A stretch of DNA of 64,000 nucleotides from an uncultured Chthonomonadaceae bacterium. Its GTDB lineage: Bacteria; Armatimonadota; Chthonomonadetes; Chthonomonadales; Chthonomonadaceae. Shown here piece by piece: positions 1 to 9,503 of the stretch (position 1 is the stretch's first letter; every line of letters starts with the position of its first letter). The notes beneath the pieces were generated by a model. It saw only the letters and a list, made by a program, of their open reading frames with translations, did not search any database and had not been told where the DNA came from. The stretch lies in assembly GCA_963835065.1 (NCBI GenBank), contig CAWIEK010000024.1:88787-152786 (forward strand), given 5' to 3'. A program made the position numbers and the translations under genes.

Positions 1-15
1 CTATCCTGAGAATGC

Positions 16-46
16 CGGTATTCGGTGTTCGGTATTCGGTGTTCGG
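16..46. repeat. Heptamer tandem repeat (TATTCGG/TGTTCGG)n
   Basis: cggtattcggtgttcggtattcggtgttcgg; the same unit recurs at ~15205, and as reverse complement at ~15440, ~16810 and ~62675. Confidence 0.8.
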
Positions 47-380
47 ACAATCCAGCATGTTTATGCTCGAAGGTGAACGTAGTTCATACGGGCTGTTCTC
101 GTTTTCGCCATACAGAGAAACCATTGCGCGAACCGGCGCGATACCCCTTCGCCGCCACCCACGCCTGCTATCGTTATGCCACAAATAGCCCGCGCATCCA
201 CGAAAAATCACAAAAATTGCTGAAAAACTCACCGGCACGGGAGAGCGATACGGAGAAAAAAAGGCGCATACGAAGGATCAGACACAAGATCGGTACTTGA
301 ACGCCCAATTACTGCACCTCTGACATCTCAATACTAATACCACTCAAATAGAGCCAACTTTTTGGTTGAGCGGCAATTAT

Positions 381-476
381 GTAGGGGCGCAATTTATTGC
401 GCCCGCTTGCCGGTAATTCAGCCGATCTCTGCTCCATTACCCTACATGATGCCGACGCAATAAATTGCGCTCCTAC
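381..476. repeat. GTAG-type REP doublet (REPIN-like inverted pair)
   Basis: gtaggggcgcaatttattgcgccc ... gacgcaataaattgcgctcctac: two palindromic units in inverted orientation, bounded by GTAG/CTAC, just downstream of the GT4 gene. Confidence 0.7.
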
Positions 477-480
477 GCCT

Positions 481-1744
481 TTATCCTCGCGGAGGGACGG
501 CGGAGCAGGCTGCGTCGAAAGCCTCAACGCCTTGCTGCCTTTTCTGAAGCAGTTGAAGGTGAAATTGCTGCATCGTCTGCACGATGGATTCCCAACTGTA
601 GTTTTGTTCCACCAGGGCGCGGCCTGCCGTACCCAGGCGCGCGGACAACTCGCGGTCTTCCATCAGGCGGACGACGGCTTGGGCAAAGGCTTGCGGGTCG
701 TCTTCCATCAGCAGGTGTTCGCCGTCGCGCACTTCAATGCCTTCGCAGCCCAGCCGCGTGGACACCATCGGCTTGCCCATCGCCAGCCCTTCCAGCACTT
801 TCAGGCGCGTACCGCTGCCCATGCGCAGGGGAACCACGAAAATGGAAGCGTTTTGAATGTACGGGCGCACGTCCGGCACTTCTCCCGTGACCTTCACATT
901 CGGGCTGGCAAGCCGCAGGATTTCATCGGGTGGCCCCATGCCCACAATGGAAAAGACGGCTTCAGGACGCGCCTTGACGATGTGCGGCAGCACTTCATGG
1001 ACAAAAAATAAAACGGCGTCCGTGTTGGGCCGATAGCTGATAAGGCCGGTAAATACCAGGCTGTTCGGGTCAACGGGTTTGGGAGACGGCTGAAAATACT
1101 CGATGTCAACGCCGTTGGGCGCGACGTGCGTGGGCTTGGCGGGCATTTGCGCGTTTAGTATCTGCTGTTCGCGCTCCGACGTTAAAATGCAGGCGTCCGC
1201 TTTCTGCCAGCAGATGCTGCTCTTCCCGCTTGAACTTGGCGTATTCCATCCAATTGTACAGGCGGCGCAGGGGCGAGCGCTCCGTCTGGTACATGCGGTA
1301 CAGCAGTTCGTACTCCAGGTTGTGTTCATCCACGACCAGAACGGGTTTGGTTCCGAACGGGTAGGAGCCTAACTGACTGGATTCGATCTGCACGATGTCA
1401 TAATTTTCGGTTTCCAGCAGGCGCGTCAGCAAGGCTTGCATGGCCGACGTGCGCAGGCTGCCGGTGGAAAAGGAGCGGGGCGACAACAGCGAAAACAACT
1501 GCGCAACCCGTTTGTCCGCCTGATGGTTGAGCGGCGCGGGAGCCGTATGAACGGCATGGCAGATTTTTTGCAGCGCGGCGATCTTGGCTTCTTCGCCGGG
1601 ATGGGCGTAGCAAAGCAGTGACACCTGATGCGTTCGGGAAAGGTGCTTGAGGAACTGATAGACTCGAATCCCAAAACCCCAGTTCGGCGGGTAAGGAATG
1701 GAAGGCGTCACAACTAAGATGCGCTGGCACATGGGGTTGTTCAT
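481..1744 (-). CDS. Glycosyltransferase family 4 (GT-B), split by one frameshift near 1200
   Basis: N-half in ORF 1106..1750 (ILVVTPSIPYPPNWGFGIRVYQFLKHL, DEHNLEY); C-half in ORF 481..1329 (PNGVDIEYF, GSGTRLKVLEGLAMGKPMVST...GCEGI). Confidence 0.85.
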
Positions 1745-1846
1745 TACCAAAAAACTTCACTGAGGGATATGTCCCGGAACGGTGAAAAGTGGATATATCA
1801 TTCTAGCACAGATAGGGCGGTCGCGCCTACTGCCATGTAGGGAGGA

Positions 1847-1950
1847 AGATAAGAGATAAGAGATAAGAGTAAATGCCTCTGTTACTCAATGTTTTCTCTA
1901 AGCTGGAAAAGCCCGTCAGTTCCAAACTCTTATCTCTTATCTCTTATCTT
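1847..1950. repeat. Inverted pair of heptamer tandem repeats (AGATAAG)3 ... (CTTATCT)3
   Basis: Arms at 1847-1869 and 1927-1950 are reverse complements around a ~57-bp spacer. Confidence 0.85.
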
Positions 1951-1951
1951 C

Positions 1952-3163
1952 CTAACTCCTCCGCGTATTCATAAAGGGCCGTTCGCAGAGCAGGTAGAAC
2001 CCATACGCGACGGCAATAATTATTGGCAGGCCAAAGAGAGCCAGCAGGGCGAAACCCCGGACGTCTTCCATACCGAGCGGGCGCAGGGCGTAGCGCACCA
2101 GAAACACGACAATAGGTACATGGATCAGATACAAACTGTAAGAAAATGTTCCCAGCCAAGCCAGAGGACGCCAGGAACAGACGCGATTGACGAGACTTCG
2201 CGGCGCAATCGACGCGATAACCAGCAGGCAGGCCGCGCATACGCCCGTCGGCAAGTCATACAACGGATACTGCAGAAGGGCATTTTCGTAGCCCAATGCG
2301 GCGGCCAGGCCGGCAACAATGCCGACGCACAACGCCGCCGTCCATCCGAAAGGAAACCGTTCGCGGAAGCGCTGCAAGCGCGGTTCGGTGGAAAAGGCAA
2401 CCGAAGCCGCCGCCATGCCGAGCGCGAACAATCCCAGGTACTGCACCGACATGCGGGCAAAGCGGGTATCCCGCAAAATGTAACACAGCGCATACCCGGC
2501 AAGGAGCAGGGTCAGCGTGACCGCAAAGTTGCCGTAGCGGCGCAGGCCGATGAGCAGCAGGGGAAACAAAAAGTATATCTGAAACTCGGTTGCGATAGAC
2601 CAGTACACATAGCTGATGCGTCCGGCCCCGTAAGCGTTTTGCAGCAGCAACAGGTGGCTGATAAAATCGGACGGGCGCACGGTCATTGCCGAGTCAAAGT
2701 GGCTGCCGCCGGGCGTACGGAAAATCACAAAGATAAAAAACAGCGTGAACGCGATGGAAAAGTAATAGGGCGGGAGGATGCGCCGGAAACGCCGCTGGAA
2801 GAACCGCCGAACGCCGCCCTTCAACACGCCGCCCGCTTTCAGAACCGGCAGCATCAGGCAAAACCCGGAAATCACGATAAACACGCTCACGGACAAATGC
2901 CCGAAGATCAGCAGATAGGAAAGAAAGCCATAAGGAGCCGAGGGAAGCCCCCGTTCCAGCCACAATTCCAGGTAAAAGTGATTGAAAACAACCACCAGCG
3001 CGGCCAGCGCGCGCAAGCCTTCCACAAAGACGAGATGGGGCTTCTGCTCCTCTTTTACTGCCGGGGCGGATTGTTCCGTTGGATGTTCTGCGGCGCGATC
3101 TTCGCGGGCGATTGCCGTTTCCTGCGGGGGAACGGCAATCCTCCTGCTTGCTGCTGTCTCCAT
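1952..3163 (-). CDS. Acyltransferase family 3 (OafA/OatA-type membrane O-acyltransferase)
   Basis: EGLRALAALVVVFNH, VSVFIVISGF, RRFRRILPPYY, YWSIATEFQIY, SYSLYLIH, ERPF motifs; multiple TM segments. Confidence 0.9.
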   Translation of the reverse strand: METAASRRIAVPPQETAIAREDRAAEHPTEQSAPAVKEEQKPHLVFVEGLRALAALVVVFNHFYLELWLERGLPSAPYGFLSYLLIFGHLSVSVFIVISGFCLMLPVLKAGGVLKGGVRRFFQRRFRRILPPYYFSIAFTLFFIFVIFRTPGGSHFDSAMTVRPSDFISHLLLLQNAYGAGRISYVYWSIATEFQIYFLFPLLLIGLRRYGNFAVTLTLLLAGYALCYILRDTRFARMSVQYLGLFALGMAAASVAFSTEPRLQRFRERFPFGWTAALCVGIVAGLAAALGYENALLQYPLYDLPTGVCAACLLVIASIAPRSLVNRVCSWRPLAWLGTFSYSLYLIHVPIVVFLVRYALRPLGMEDVRGFALLALFGLPIIIAVAYGFYLLCERPFMNTRRS

Positions 3164-3318
3164 AAACTTGCCTTCTAACTTCAACACTGCCTCAACACAG
3201 ATGTTGCGCACTACGCAAGAGCGCAACGAAATGAATTTCTTTGCTGTAGGGCGTTCCGCCCAATGTCCGCCTGCGCGGACATAACATTCTTCACGTAAAC
3301 GGTTTCCATCAAGAAGCG

Positions 3319-4575
3319 CTACGGACGATTCTTTACGCTTGCCGACTGACTGCGGGCGCTTGCCGAGATTTTACTCGAGGCAGCAACCACGTTGATGAGC
3401 GGCGCGAGGTCTGCGGCCAGGGCGTTTGCCAGCAGGCGGTTCCCGTCGGGCAGCATGTGGTCATTGTCATGAAACAGCGGGTCGGGAACCAGTTCGCTGT
3501 AATCCTTGCAGGGAACACCCGGCGCGGTCATGGATGTGGCGAGCGCTTTGCGGCTTGCGGCATAAATGGCTCTGGGAATGGCGTAACCGGTGGCTGCCGG
3601 GTTCTGCGGCGTGATATAAAACAGGCACGGCAGATGCGTGTCCGCCGCCATTTGCGCCAGGTGTCGGTAGAATTGGCAGTTCAAATCCGTTTCATCAAAG
3701 TCGCGCCGATAATCCCCCAAAAAGTTTTGCAGTTGTAAACCGCGCCCGTTCCACGGCATCATGCCCAATTTGCCCATTTTTTTGGCAACGCCTACGCCCG
3801 TCATTACGGCGGGATTGGGCAGGCTGTACGGAACGCGCGGCTGTACGCCGAACAGTTTGGCGTTGATGGCCTGCCGCAGTCCCATAAACCGGCAGTTTTC
3901 CTCGATGCTCCAGGTGAGCGCGTCCTCGAAGCGCTTTTTGGCGTCGCGGGCGGGAACATAAGGCACAAGCGCGGGCGGGATGGAAGCCAGATTGTAGGCC
4001 AGCCAGGGTTCCGCGAGCGGGCGCTGAGAAACATCCAGGCTGGTCGTAAAATAATTGCCTTCCACGACGATGCAGTCCGGCTTACCTTCCAGCGCTTTTT
4101 GCAGCAGGCACATCTCATCCAGCGAACGCGCGCCCGCCACGCTGAAATTCCACACATGGATGTTCTGGCGCGGCAGGGCATTACGCAACGCCTGTTCCAG
4201 ATATACGGGGATGGTTTCCGATTTGGCGAGCAATGCGCTGCCCACAACCGTCGAATCCCCGATAACCACCACTTTGTAGGCGGTATCGCGCCGCATCTGC
4301 GCGGCAAAAGCGTTTTCCAGCGCGGGCGTGGGAAAGTTGTCGAGCCGCTCCGTTTGCAGGCAGGTCGAGGTATCGAAATACAGGCGCGTCGCCAGTTCCG
4401 CAAGCAGCAAAAACGCCAGGCAGAACAGCCAGGGGCGCAGCGTGACATACCAGGGCACAAGCGGATTGTCCCGTGTCTTATCCGCCACGACGACATCCGC
4501 CAGTTCCGTTTCCCGCGTCGGATTGCTGCCGCGTACCACTTCTTTTTCAGGTTGTTCGGGGGCTGATTGGTTCAT
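3319..4575 (-). CDS. Membrane-anchored SGNH/GDSL-like protein (DltD/AlgJ-type acyl-transfer partner)
   Basis: N-terminal TM anchor, block I IGDST, block V DNDH; directly follows the MBOAT and the DltX-like peptide. Confidence 0.75.
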   Translation of the reverse strand: MNQSAPEQPEKEVVRGSNPTRETELADVVVADKTRDNPLVPWYVTLRPWLFCLAFLLLAELATRLYFDTSTCLQTERLDNFPTPALENAFAAQMRRDTAYKVVVIGDSTVVGSALLAKSETIPVYLEQALRNALPRQNIHVWNFSVAGARSLDEMCLLQKALEGKPDCIVVEGNYFTTSLDVSQRPLAEPWLAYNLASIPPALVPYVPARDAKKRFEDALTWSIEENCRFMGLRQAINAKLFGVQPRVPYSLPNPAVMTGVGVAKKMGKLGMMPWNGRGLQLQNFLGDYRRDFDETDLNCQFYRHLAQMAADTHLPCLFYITPQNPAATGYAIPRAIYAASRKALATSMTAPGVPCKDYSELVPDPLFHDNDHMLPDGNRLLANALAADLAPLINVVAASSKISASARSQSASVKNRP

Positions 4576-4582
4576 ATAACGC

Positions 4583-4699
4583 TTAAAAATCCACGTAGAT
4601 AAAGTGCGACGCGGTTCCGGTATAAAACAGGATCGTCGCCAAAAGCATCAGCGCCCAAAACAAGCCGCGCAGCAAGTCGCGTTTCCAGGAAGATTGCAT
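4583..4699 (-). CDS. DltX-like small membrane peptide (38 aa)
   Basis: MQSSWKRDLLRGLFWALMLLATILFYTGTASHFIYVDF*: single TM helix and C-terminal FIYxxF motif; lies between MBOAT and SGNH genes. Confidence 0.8.
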   Translation of the reverse strand: MQSSWKRDLLRGLFWALMLLATILFYTGTASHFIYVDF

Positions 4700-4725
4700 G
4701 ATGTTGTATTTTTCTATAAGAAAGG

Positions 4726-5922
4726 TTAGAACATGCGCCGCAGGGCGATAAGCGCTTCGGGCAGGCCGGGAGCGGCGAAAAACACCCATCCGAAGCAGAC
4801 AAACTGAATAGTCAGCGCGGTTCCGAACCAGCGGACGGGTTTTGAATCCGGCAGCGGCTTGACGACCATACGGTAAATTTGCAGCCCCGCCAATCCCAGG
4901 CCGTTCCACAGTCCCCACACGACGAAGGTCCAGTTAGCTCCGTGCCACAGGCCGCAGATCGCCATGACCAGGGTTAGATTAAAGATGGCACGCCCTTTGC
5001 TGACCTTGCTGCCGCCCAGGGGGATATACAGATAATCGCGTATCCAACTGGAAAGCGACATGTGCCAGCTATTCCAGAACTTCTGAAGGTTGGCCTGCCG
5101 ATACGGGCGGTTGAAGTTTTCCGGCAGCCGGTAGCCGAGCAGTTGCGCGCAACCGATGGCGATGTCGGTGAAACCGGAAAAATCGTAGTAGATTTTCACG
5201 GCGTAAGCGTACATGGCGATCCACAACTCTATACGGCTGGCGCTGTAGGGCGTTTTCAGCGCCTGCGTCAACAGGTCGGCGCTGTCGGCCACAATTAATT
5301 TTTTCGCCAATCCCTGCACGATGCGCGTCAGCCCGTCCGCAAGATAGACGGCCTGAAACTTGCCAATTTCCCGTCCCTGCTGCTGAAACAACTGAAACCG
5401 CTTGACCGGCCCCGACACCAGGCTGGGAAAGAAAAAGGCGAACAGGCCGAAGTCCAGCAGGGAAGGCTTGTTCGGCACTTTGCCCAGGTACAAATCCACC
5501 AGGTAGTGAATGAATTCAAAGGTGAAAAACGAGATGCCCCAGGGAACGAGGAACGTGGGCACGTCCATGGACTGCCCGATTTCCAGCGAACGGAGGGCGG
5601 AATTGTACGACAAGGCGAACATGCGCGAATACTTGAAGAAAAACAACACGCCTGCGCACAATACCAGCCCCACGCCCAAAGTAAATTTAACCTGCGTTTT
5701 GGGCGCGTCCCGTTTTTGCAGCCCCCAAATCACATTGCCAATGACATACACGATAACCGTCAGAGTTCCCAGCAGCAGGACGTAGGGCGGATAATTGTAC
5801 GTGAAGTACCCCATGCTGGCAACCAGCAGAAAAACGCCGCGCCAGGAGGCCGGAACCACCCACCAATAGCCTACAAAGACTAGGAGCATGAACGCGCAAA
5901 AGGTCCATGTTGTAAAAATCAC
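4726..5922 (-). CDS. MBOAT family O-acyltransferase (DltB/AlgI-like)
   Basis: GISFFTF, FFPSLVSGP, DFSGFTDIAIG, ENFNRPY, FWNSWHMSLSSW, CGLWHGA (catalytic His); GTG start overlaps the upstream stop (GTGA). Confidence 0.92.
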   Translation of the reverse strand: MIFTTWTFCAFMLLVFVGYWWVVPASWRGVFLLVASMGYFTYNYPPYVLLLGTLTVIVYVIGNVIWGLQKRDAPKTQVKFTLGVGLVLCAGVLFFFKYSRMFALSYNSALRSLEIGQSMDVPTFLVPWGISFFTFEFIHYLVDLYLGKVPNKPSLLDFGLFAFFFPSLVSGPVKRFQLFQQQGREIGKFQAVYLADGLTRIVQGLAKKLIVADSADLLTQALKTPYSASRIELWIAMYAYAVKIYYDFSGFTDIAIGCAQLLGYRLPENFNRPYRQANLQKFWNSWHMSLSSWIRDYLYIPLGGSKVSKGRAIFNLTLVMAICGLWHGANWTFVVWGLWNGLGLAGLQIYRMVVKPLPDSKPVRWFGTALTIQFVCFGWVFFAAPGLPEALIALRRMF

Positions 5923-7571
5923 CGGCGGCTGCCTCCCGCCAATTTTGTCGCCGCGCCGGAAAGGGACAGGTCTTCGGCTTCTTCGCCCTCCATCCATTCC
6001 ACATCGCGGAAGGAGCCGTCCTCAGATTTGAGGGCAGGGGGCGTTTCCTCCTGCTTCGTCAGCCGGGGCAGCGCGCCCAGCAAGCCGAGCCATATTCCCA
6101 TCATCATCATGGTGCGGTAATTGGTAAACTGAAGGTCGTACTTGCCGTAGATGTAGGCCATGAGCAGGAAGATAATGCCCATCAAGCCCGCGCACAGCAA
6201 TATCGGGTTTTTCACGCCCCGACAGATTTGAAGGCCGCGAATGAAAACCGTTGCGATCATCAGCAGAAACGCGAAGAAGCCTAAATGCCCCGTCCGCATC
6301 CAAATCCACATGATGCTGTTATGCGCGAAATACTGCAAAAAGTTTGTCGTGACGTTGGGCAGCACCTGCACCTGAATAAACGGCTTGCCGTAGCCATAGC
6401 CGTACCAGGGTGACAGGTCGCGGGTAAACTTGAGGTCAAAGTTTTCGGCTTCGCGGTAGTTGTCGGAACCCTGATCGCGGTAATCGGGAGACGAGTTGGA
6501 GCGGATGGCGCGGGCAGGCAAGGCCCACGCGCCGCTTGCGTTCCAGGCGACGGGCAGATAGATGGCGGAAAGCACCGCAAACGCGCCGATAAACATACCG
6601 ATCTGCTTGCGCCGCGCTTCAAACAGCGTCCACATAATCGGCAGGGATGCGACAAACGCGATGACGAAGGCCGCAATCCCGGCGCGGCGCTGATTTTCCA
6701 GCACGGTGAAGATCGTGGTCGGCAAAAACAGCCAGCACGCCCTCACCATCGCGCGGTTGCCTTTGTTGAGCGCCAGGAACATCAGCAGGAAGAAAGACAC
6801 GTTCAGCACCAGGCTGTCCTCGTGGTCTAAAATTCCCTGTTCCCCCACCATGCCGCCAAGCTGGAAGTAGCTGATAAGCCCGACCACGCTCAACAAGCCC
6901 AAGCCGACAATAGCGAACCACAACAACTGCTCGACGTGCTTGCGCTCCGTCACCAGGTTCAGCACCACAAAATACATAATCAGCGGATAATACTGCGCCC
7001 GCACTTCCCACAAAGCCATTGTCGGATCGCCGCCGCTGATATACCCGTGTATGTAGCCGATGCTCGTGGTAATCGCGTAAAAGACGAGGACGCCGAGAAA
7101 CGGCCCGCGCTCGATCTTCAGAGTGCGCAGGGCAATAGAGCGCACCAGCCAACTCAGCAGGGCCAGCACAATGATGATTTCCGCCGGGCTGAACTTGAAC
7201 GCCGACAGCCCACCAATGTGGAACATTTCTCCGATGTTGTTAAAATTGAGAAACACCGGGATATTGGAAGTCAGTTTTTGGGTGTTCTGAGCGCGCGGGT
7301 CCATGTCCAGCAGCGTGGTGAATAAGAACACCAGCATCAGCCCATAGCGCGGATAATTCCAGATGATGACCGGAACCATCAGGCAGACAACGATGCCGCC
7401 GCCGATGGTCAGCAGCGTTCCCGCTTCCAGATGGGGCGCAACGAAACTCAGCGTCACCATCAGCCCCATAACAACCGCCAGCAGGGCCACCATCAGCAGC
7501 AACATCACGTTACGACGCATTTTCTGCTGCGCAATCAGGTCATGGGCATGGATAGGTTCCGTGTTAAACAT
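5919..7571 (-). CDS. O-antigen ligase / Wzy polymerase family membrane protein
   Basis: About 12 TM segments, RRAG motif, late loop GYGYG...AHNSIMWIWMRTGHLG typical of Wzy_C. Confidence 0.8.
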   Translation of the reverse strand: MFNTEPIHAHDLIAQQKMRRNVMLLLMVALLAVVMGLMVTLSFVAPHLEAGTLLTIGGGIVVCLMVPVIIWNYPRYGLMLVFLFTTLLDMDPRAQNTQKLTSNIPVFLNFNNIGEMFHIGGLSAFKFSPAEIIIVLALLSWLVRSIALRTLKIERGPFLGVLVFYAITTSIGYIHGYISGGDPTMALWEVRAQYYPLIMYFVVLNLVTERKHVEQLLWFAIVGLGLLSVVGLISYFQLGGMVGEQGILDHEDSLVLNVSFFLLMFLALNKGNRAMVRACWLFLPTTIFTVLENQRRAGIAAFVIAFVASLPIMWTLFEARRKQIGMFIGAFAVLSAIYLPVAWNASGAWALPARAIRSNSSPDYRDQGSDNYREAENFDLKFTRDLSPWYGYGYGKPFIQVQVLPNVTTNFLQYFAHNSIMWIWMRTGHLGFFAFLLMIATVFIRGLQICRGVKNPILLCAGLMGIIFLLMAYIYGKYDLQFTNYRTMMMMGIWLGLLGALPRLTKQEETPPALKSEDGSFRDVEWMEGEEAEDLSLSGAATKLAGGSRR

Positions 7572-7573
7572 CC

Positions 7574-7708
7574 TCAGCCTTTCAGCCAGTTAAACATCAT
7601 CCAGGTCAAAATGACGACGCCGACCCCGAACCAGCCTTTAGGGGAAAGTTTCCGGGTCAGCAGTCCGATGCCGATAAAAAGGAAAAACAACTGGAGATCG
7701 TAGCGCAT
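7574..7708 (-). CDS. Small membrane protein (44 aa), absent from the ORF track
   Basis: MRYDLQLFFLFIGIGLLTRKLSPKGWFGVGVVILTWMMFNWLKG*; fills the gap between GH44 and wzy (10-bp and 2-bp gaps); two hydrophobic segments. Confidence 0.7.
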   Translation of the reverse strand: MRYDLQLFFLFIGIGLLTRKLSPKGWFGVGVVILTWMMFNWLKG

Positions 7709-7718
7709 AAATTAGACC

Positions 7719-9425
7719 TTAGAAAGCACAGCGCAGCAAAGTCAGGGAAGAAGGCGGCAAAGTGAGATACGTTTCGCCTGCGCTCAGTGTAATATCGGGA
7801 TATTGTACGATACTTTTCAGGTTCGCGCCGTCATAACGCCAGACTTGCGCGCGTTGCGGCGCGGCTTGACCACGTTCGCCATGCAGTTTCACGGACACGT
7901 TTCGTTCCGCGCCCTTGTTAATCAGCATTATGGTGGCGGTTCCCGTCAGGCTGTCGCGCGCCGCGTAACTGGAAACCACATCGGGCGCGTCCGAAAGGGC
8001 CGAAAGAGCCGTATCCCCGAAGCCATTGCCTTTGCCGTCGGCGTTGCGATACAGTTTGTACGCGAAAAAAGCGGGCGAGTTTACGGGCGGCGCTGTCCAG
8101 TAACAGGCCATATCTACCCGTTCGCGCCCCAAAATGCCAAGCACATCTCCCACCGCAAGCCCGCCGTTGAGCGTTGTTTCCGCGCCCCAGTTCCACTCCG
8201 TCAAGGCCAGCCGGGTTCCGGGATAACAGCTGTCAATCCATTGATGCAGGCGCGGCAGCAATTGTACGGGCGCGTCAATCCAGGATTCATCGTGGTAGGT
8301 TGCATCCCAAAGGGCGCGCGTGCTGCGCAGGCGGAGGGCGTTCGTCGCGTCATCCGTTTTGCCCGCGTACACCCCCTCCGCCTGCGGATAAAAATGTACG
8401 TCCAGTACGTCCAGCGTTCGCCTGCCGATTTTGCGGTCATGCGCGGCTACCTGCCGCAAAAACCAGGGCAGAAACGGCTGATTGCCATGCGCGCGGCGGT
8501 CGGCATGGGTGGCGTAGGTGTCGCTCCCCCGGTCACGCGGCGAATAAAAGTAACCGGACCATCCCCACGAAACCGGGCCGGTGATTTGCGCGCCCGCGTC
8601 CGCATCTTTCACGGCGTCCGCATACGTCAAAAATGTTTGCAGCAGTTCCTCGTAATCCGCCTGAACCGGGTGCATATCCGTATGCGTCGTGTCCCATAAA
8701 TCTGGCTCATTGTCCATCGCGTAGTAGCGAACGCCGCCCTTCGCCGCATTGCCGAATGTCCGCGTCAGATGCGCCACCCACTCGTCCTGATAAACCACAT
8801 CGTCTTTCAGTTCAGGCGGGTCCGCGAACGCGCCGGGTTTGCGCGGCAGGGAACGCACGGAAACCAATTTCCGGTTTTGGGCAGGGTCGTAGCCCGCAAT
8901 CGCTTCGGAACCCGGCGCAATTGGCGGGCCTCCCTGCGCGGGAACGCCCACCGAAGCATGGCGATTGTCGCTGTCTCGCGCTACCCATCCCATCGTTGGG
9001 ATCGTCAGCAGGACTTGCGCCTTGTATGAAAGCGCCGTCCGAACGTGATTGTCGGCGCACCCGGACGGCAGATTGTCGGGCGGGCCTGAACTGGCGTAAT
9101 TAACGTTAGCGAACTTCCAGTCGCGGGCCGCGTTCCAGCAGTTGCCCCGTTCCCAATTGTAGCGCGTGTTGGGATTGCCGCCCCAGCGCGAAAGCGGAAC
9201 ACGCAGTTGCCTGAAATGTTCCGGTGACGGCGGCGCCATGCCGTAAATCATCGGATTGATCGCGCCAATCGGCTGCGCCATGTCTACGACAATCCCGATT
9301 TCCTGTTCCGGCGTTACGAGTTTCGGCGCGGGCGGCCTGCCTGCCACAACTGCCAGCAATGCCAACAGCCCACACGCTGCGATTGCCGATTGCCGATTTT
9401 CGATTTTCGATTTTGCTTTCGACAC
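7719..9425 (-). CDS. Glycoside hydrolase family 44 (endoglucanase-like)
   Basis: RWGGNPNTRYNW, DNEPDLW (acid/base Glu), LDVHFYPQ, LALTEWNWG (nucleophile Glu); N-terminal hydrophobic segment; exact start uncertain. Confidence 0.85.
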   Translation of the reverse strand: MSKAKSKIENRQSAIAACGLLALLAVVAGRPPAPKLVTPEQEIGIVVDMAQPIGAINPMIYGMAPPSPEHFRQLRVPLSRWGGNPNTRYNWERGNCWNAARDWKFANVNYASSGPPDNLPSGCADNHVRTALSYKAQVLLTIPTMGWVARDSDNRHASVGVPAQGGPPIAPGSEAIAGYDPAQNRKLVSVRSLPRKPGAFADPPELKDDVVYQDEWVAHLTRTFGNAAKGGVRYYAMDNEPDLWDTTHTDMHPVQADYEELLQTFLTYADAVKDADAGAQITGPVSWGWSGYFYSPRDRGSDTYATHADRRAHGNQPFLPWFLRQVAAHDRKIGRRTLDVLDVHFYPQAEGVYAGKTDDATNALRLRSTRALWDATYHDESWIDAPVQLLPRLHQWIDSCYPGTRLALTEWNWGAETTLNGGLAVGDVLGILGRERVDMACYWTAPPVNSPAFFAYKLYRNADGKGNGFGDTALSALSDAPDVVSSYAARDSLTGTATIMLINKGAERNVSVKLHGERGQAAPQRAQVWRYDGANLKSIVQYPDITLSAGETYLTLPPSSLTLLRCAF

Positions 9426-9503
9426 GGCGTTAAAAATGCCCGAACGCCTGCCAACGGTTCTTCTTGATGTGCGGCGTGAACCTGTTGAAAACGAAATTTG
9501 ATC

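Noticed and set aside
25..300. 91-aa ORF at the window start
   Set aside because: It begins inside a heptamer repeat, has no motif and no RBS.
3319..5922. Canonical dltXABCD teichoic-acid operon
   Set aside because: No dltA or dltC, a different gene order, and a Wzy/Wzc polysaccharide context.
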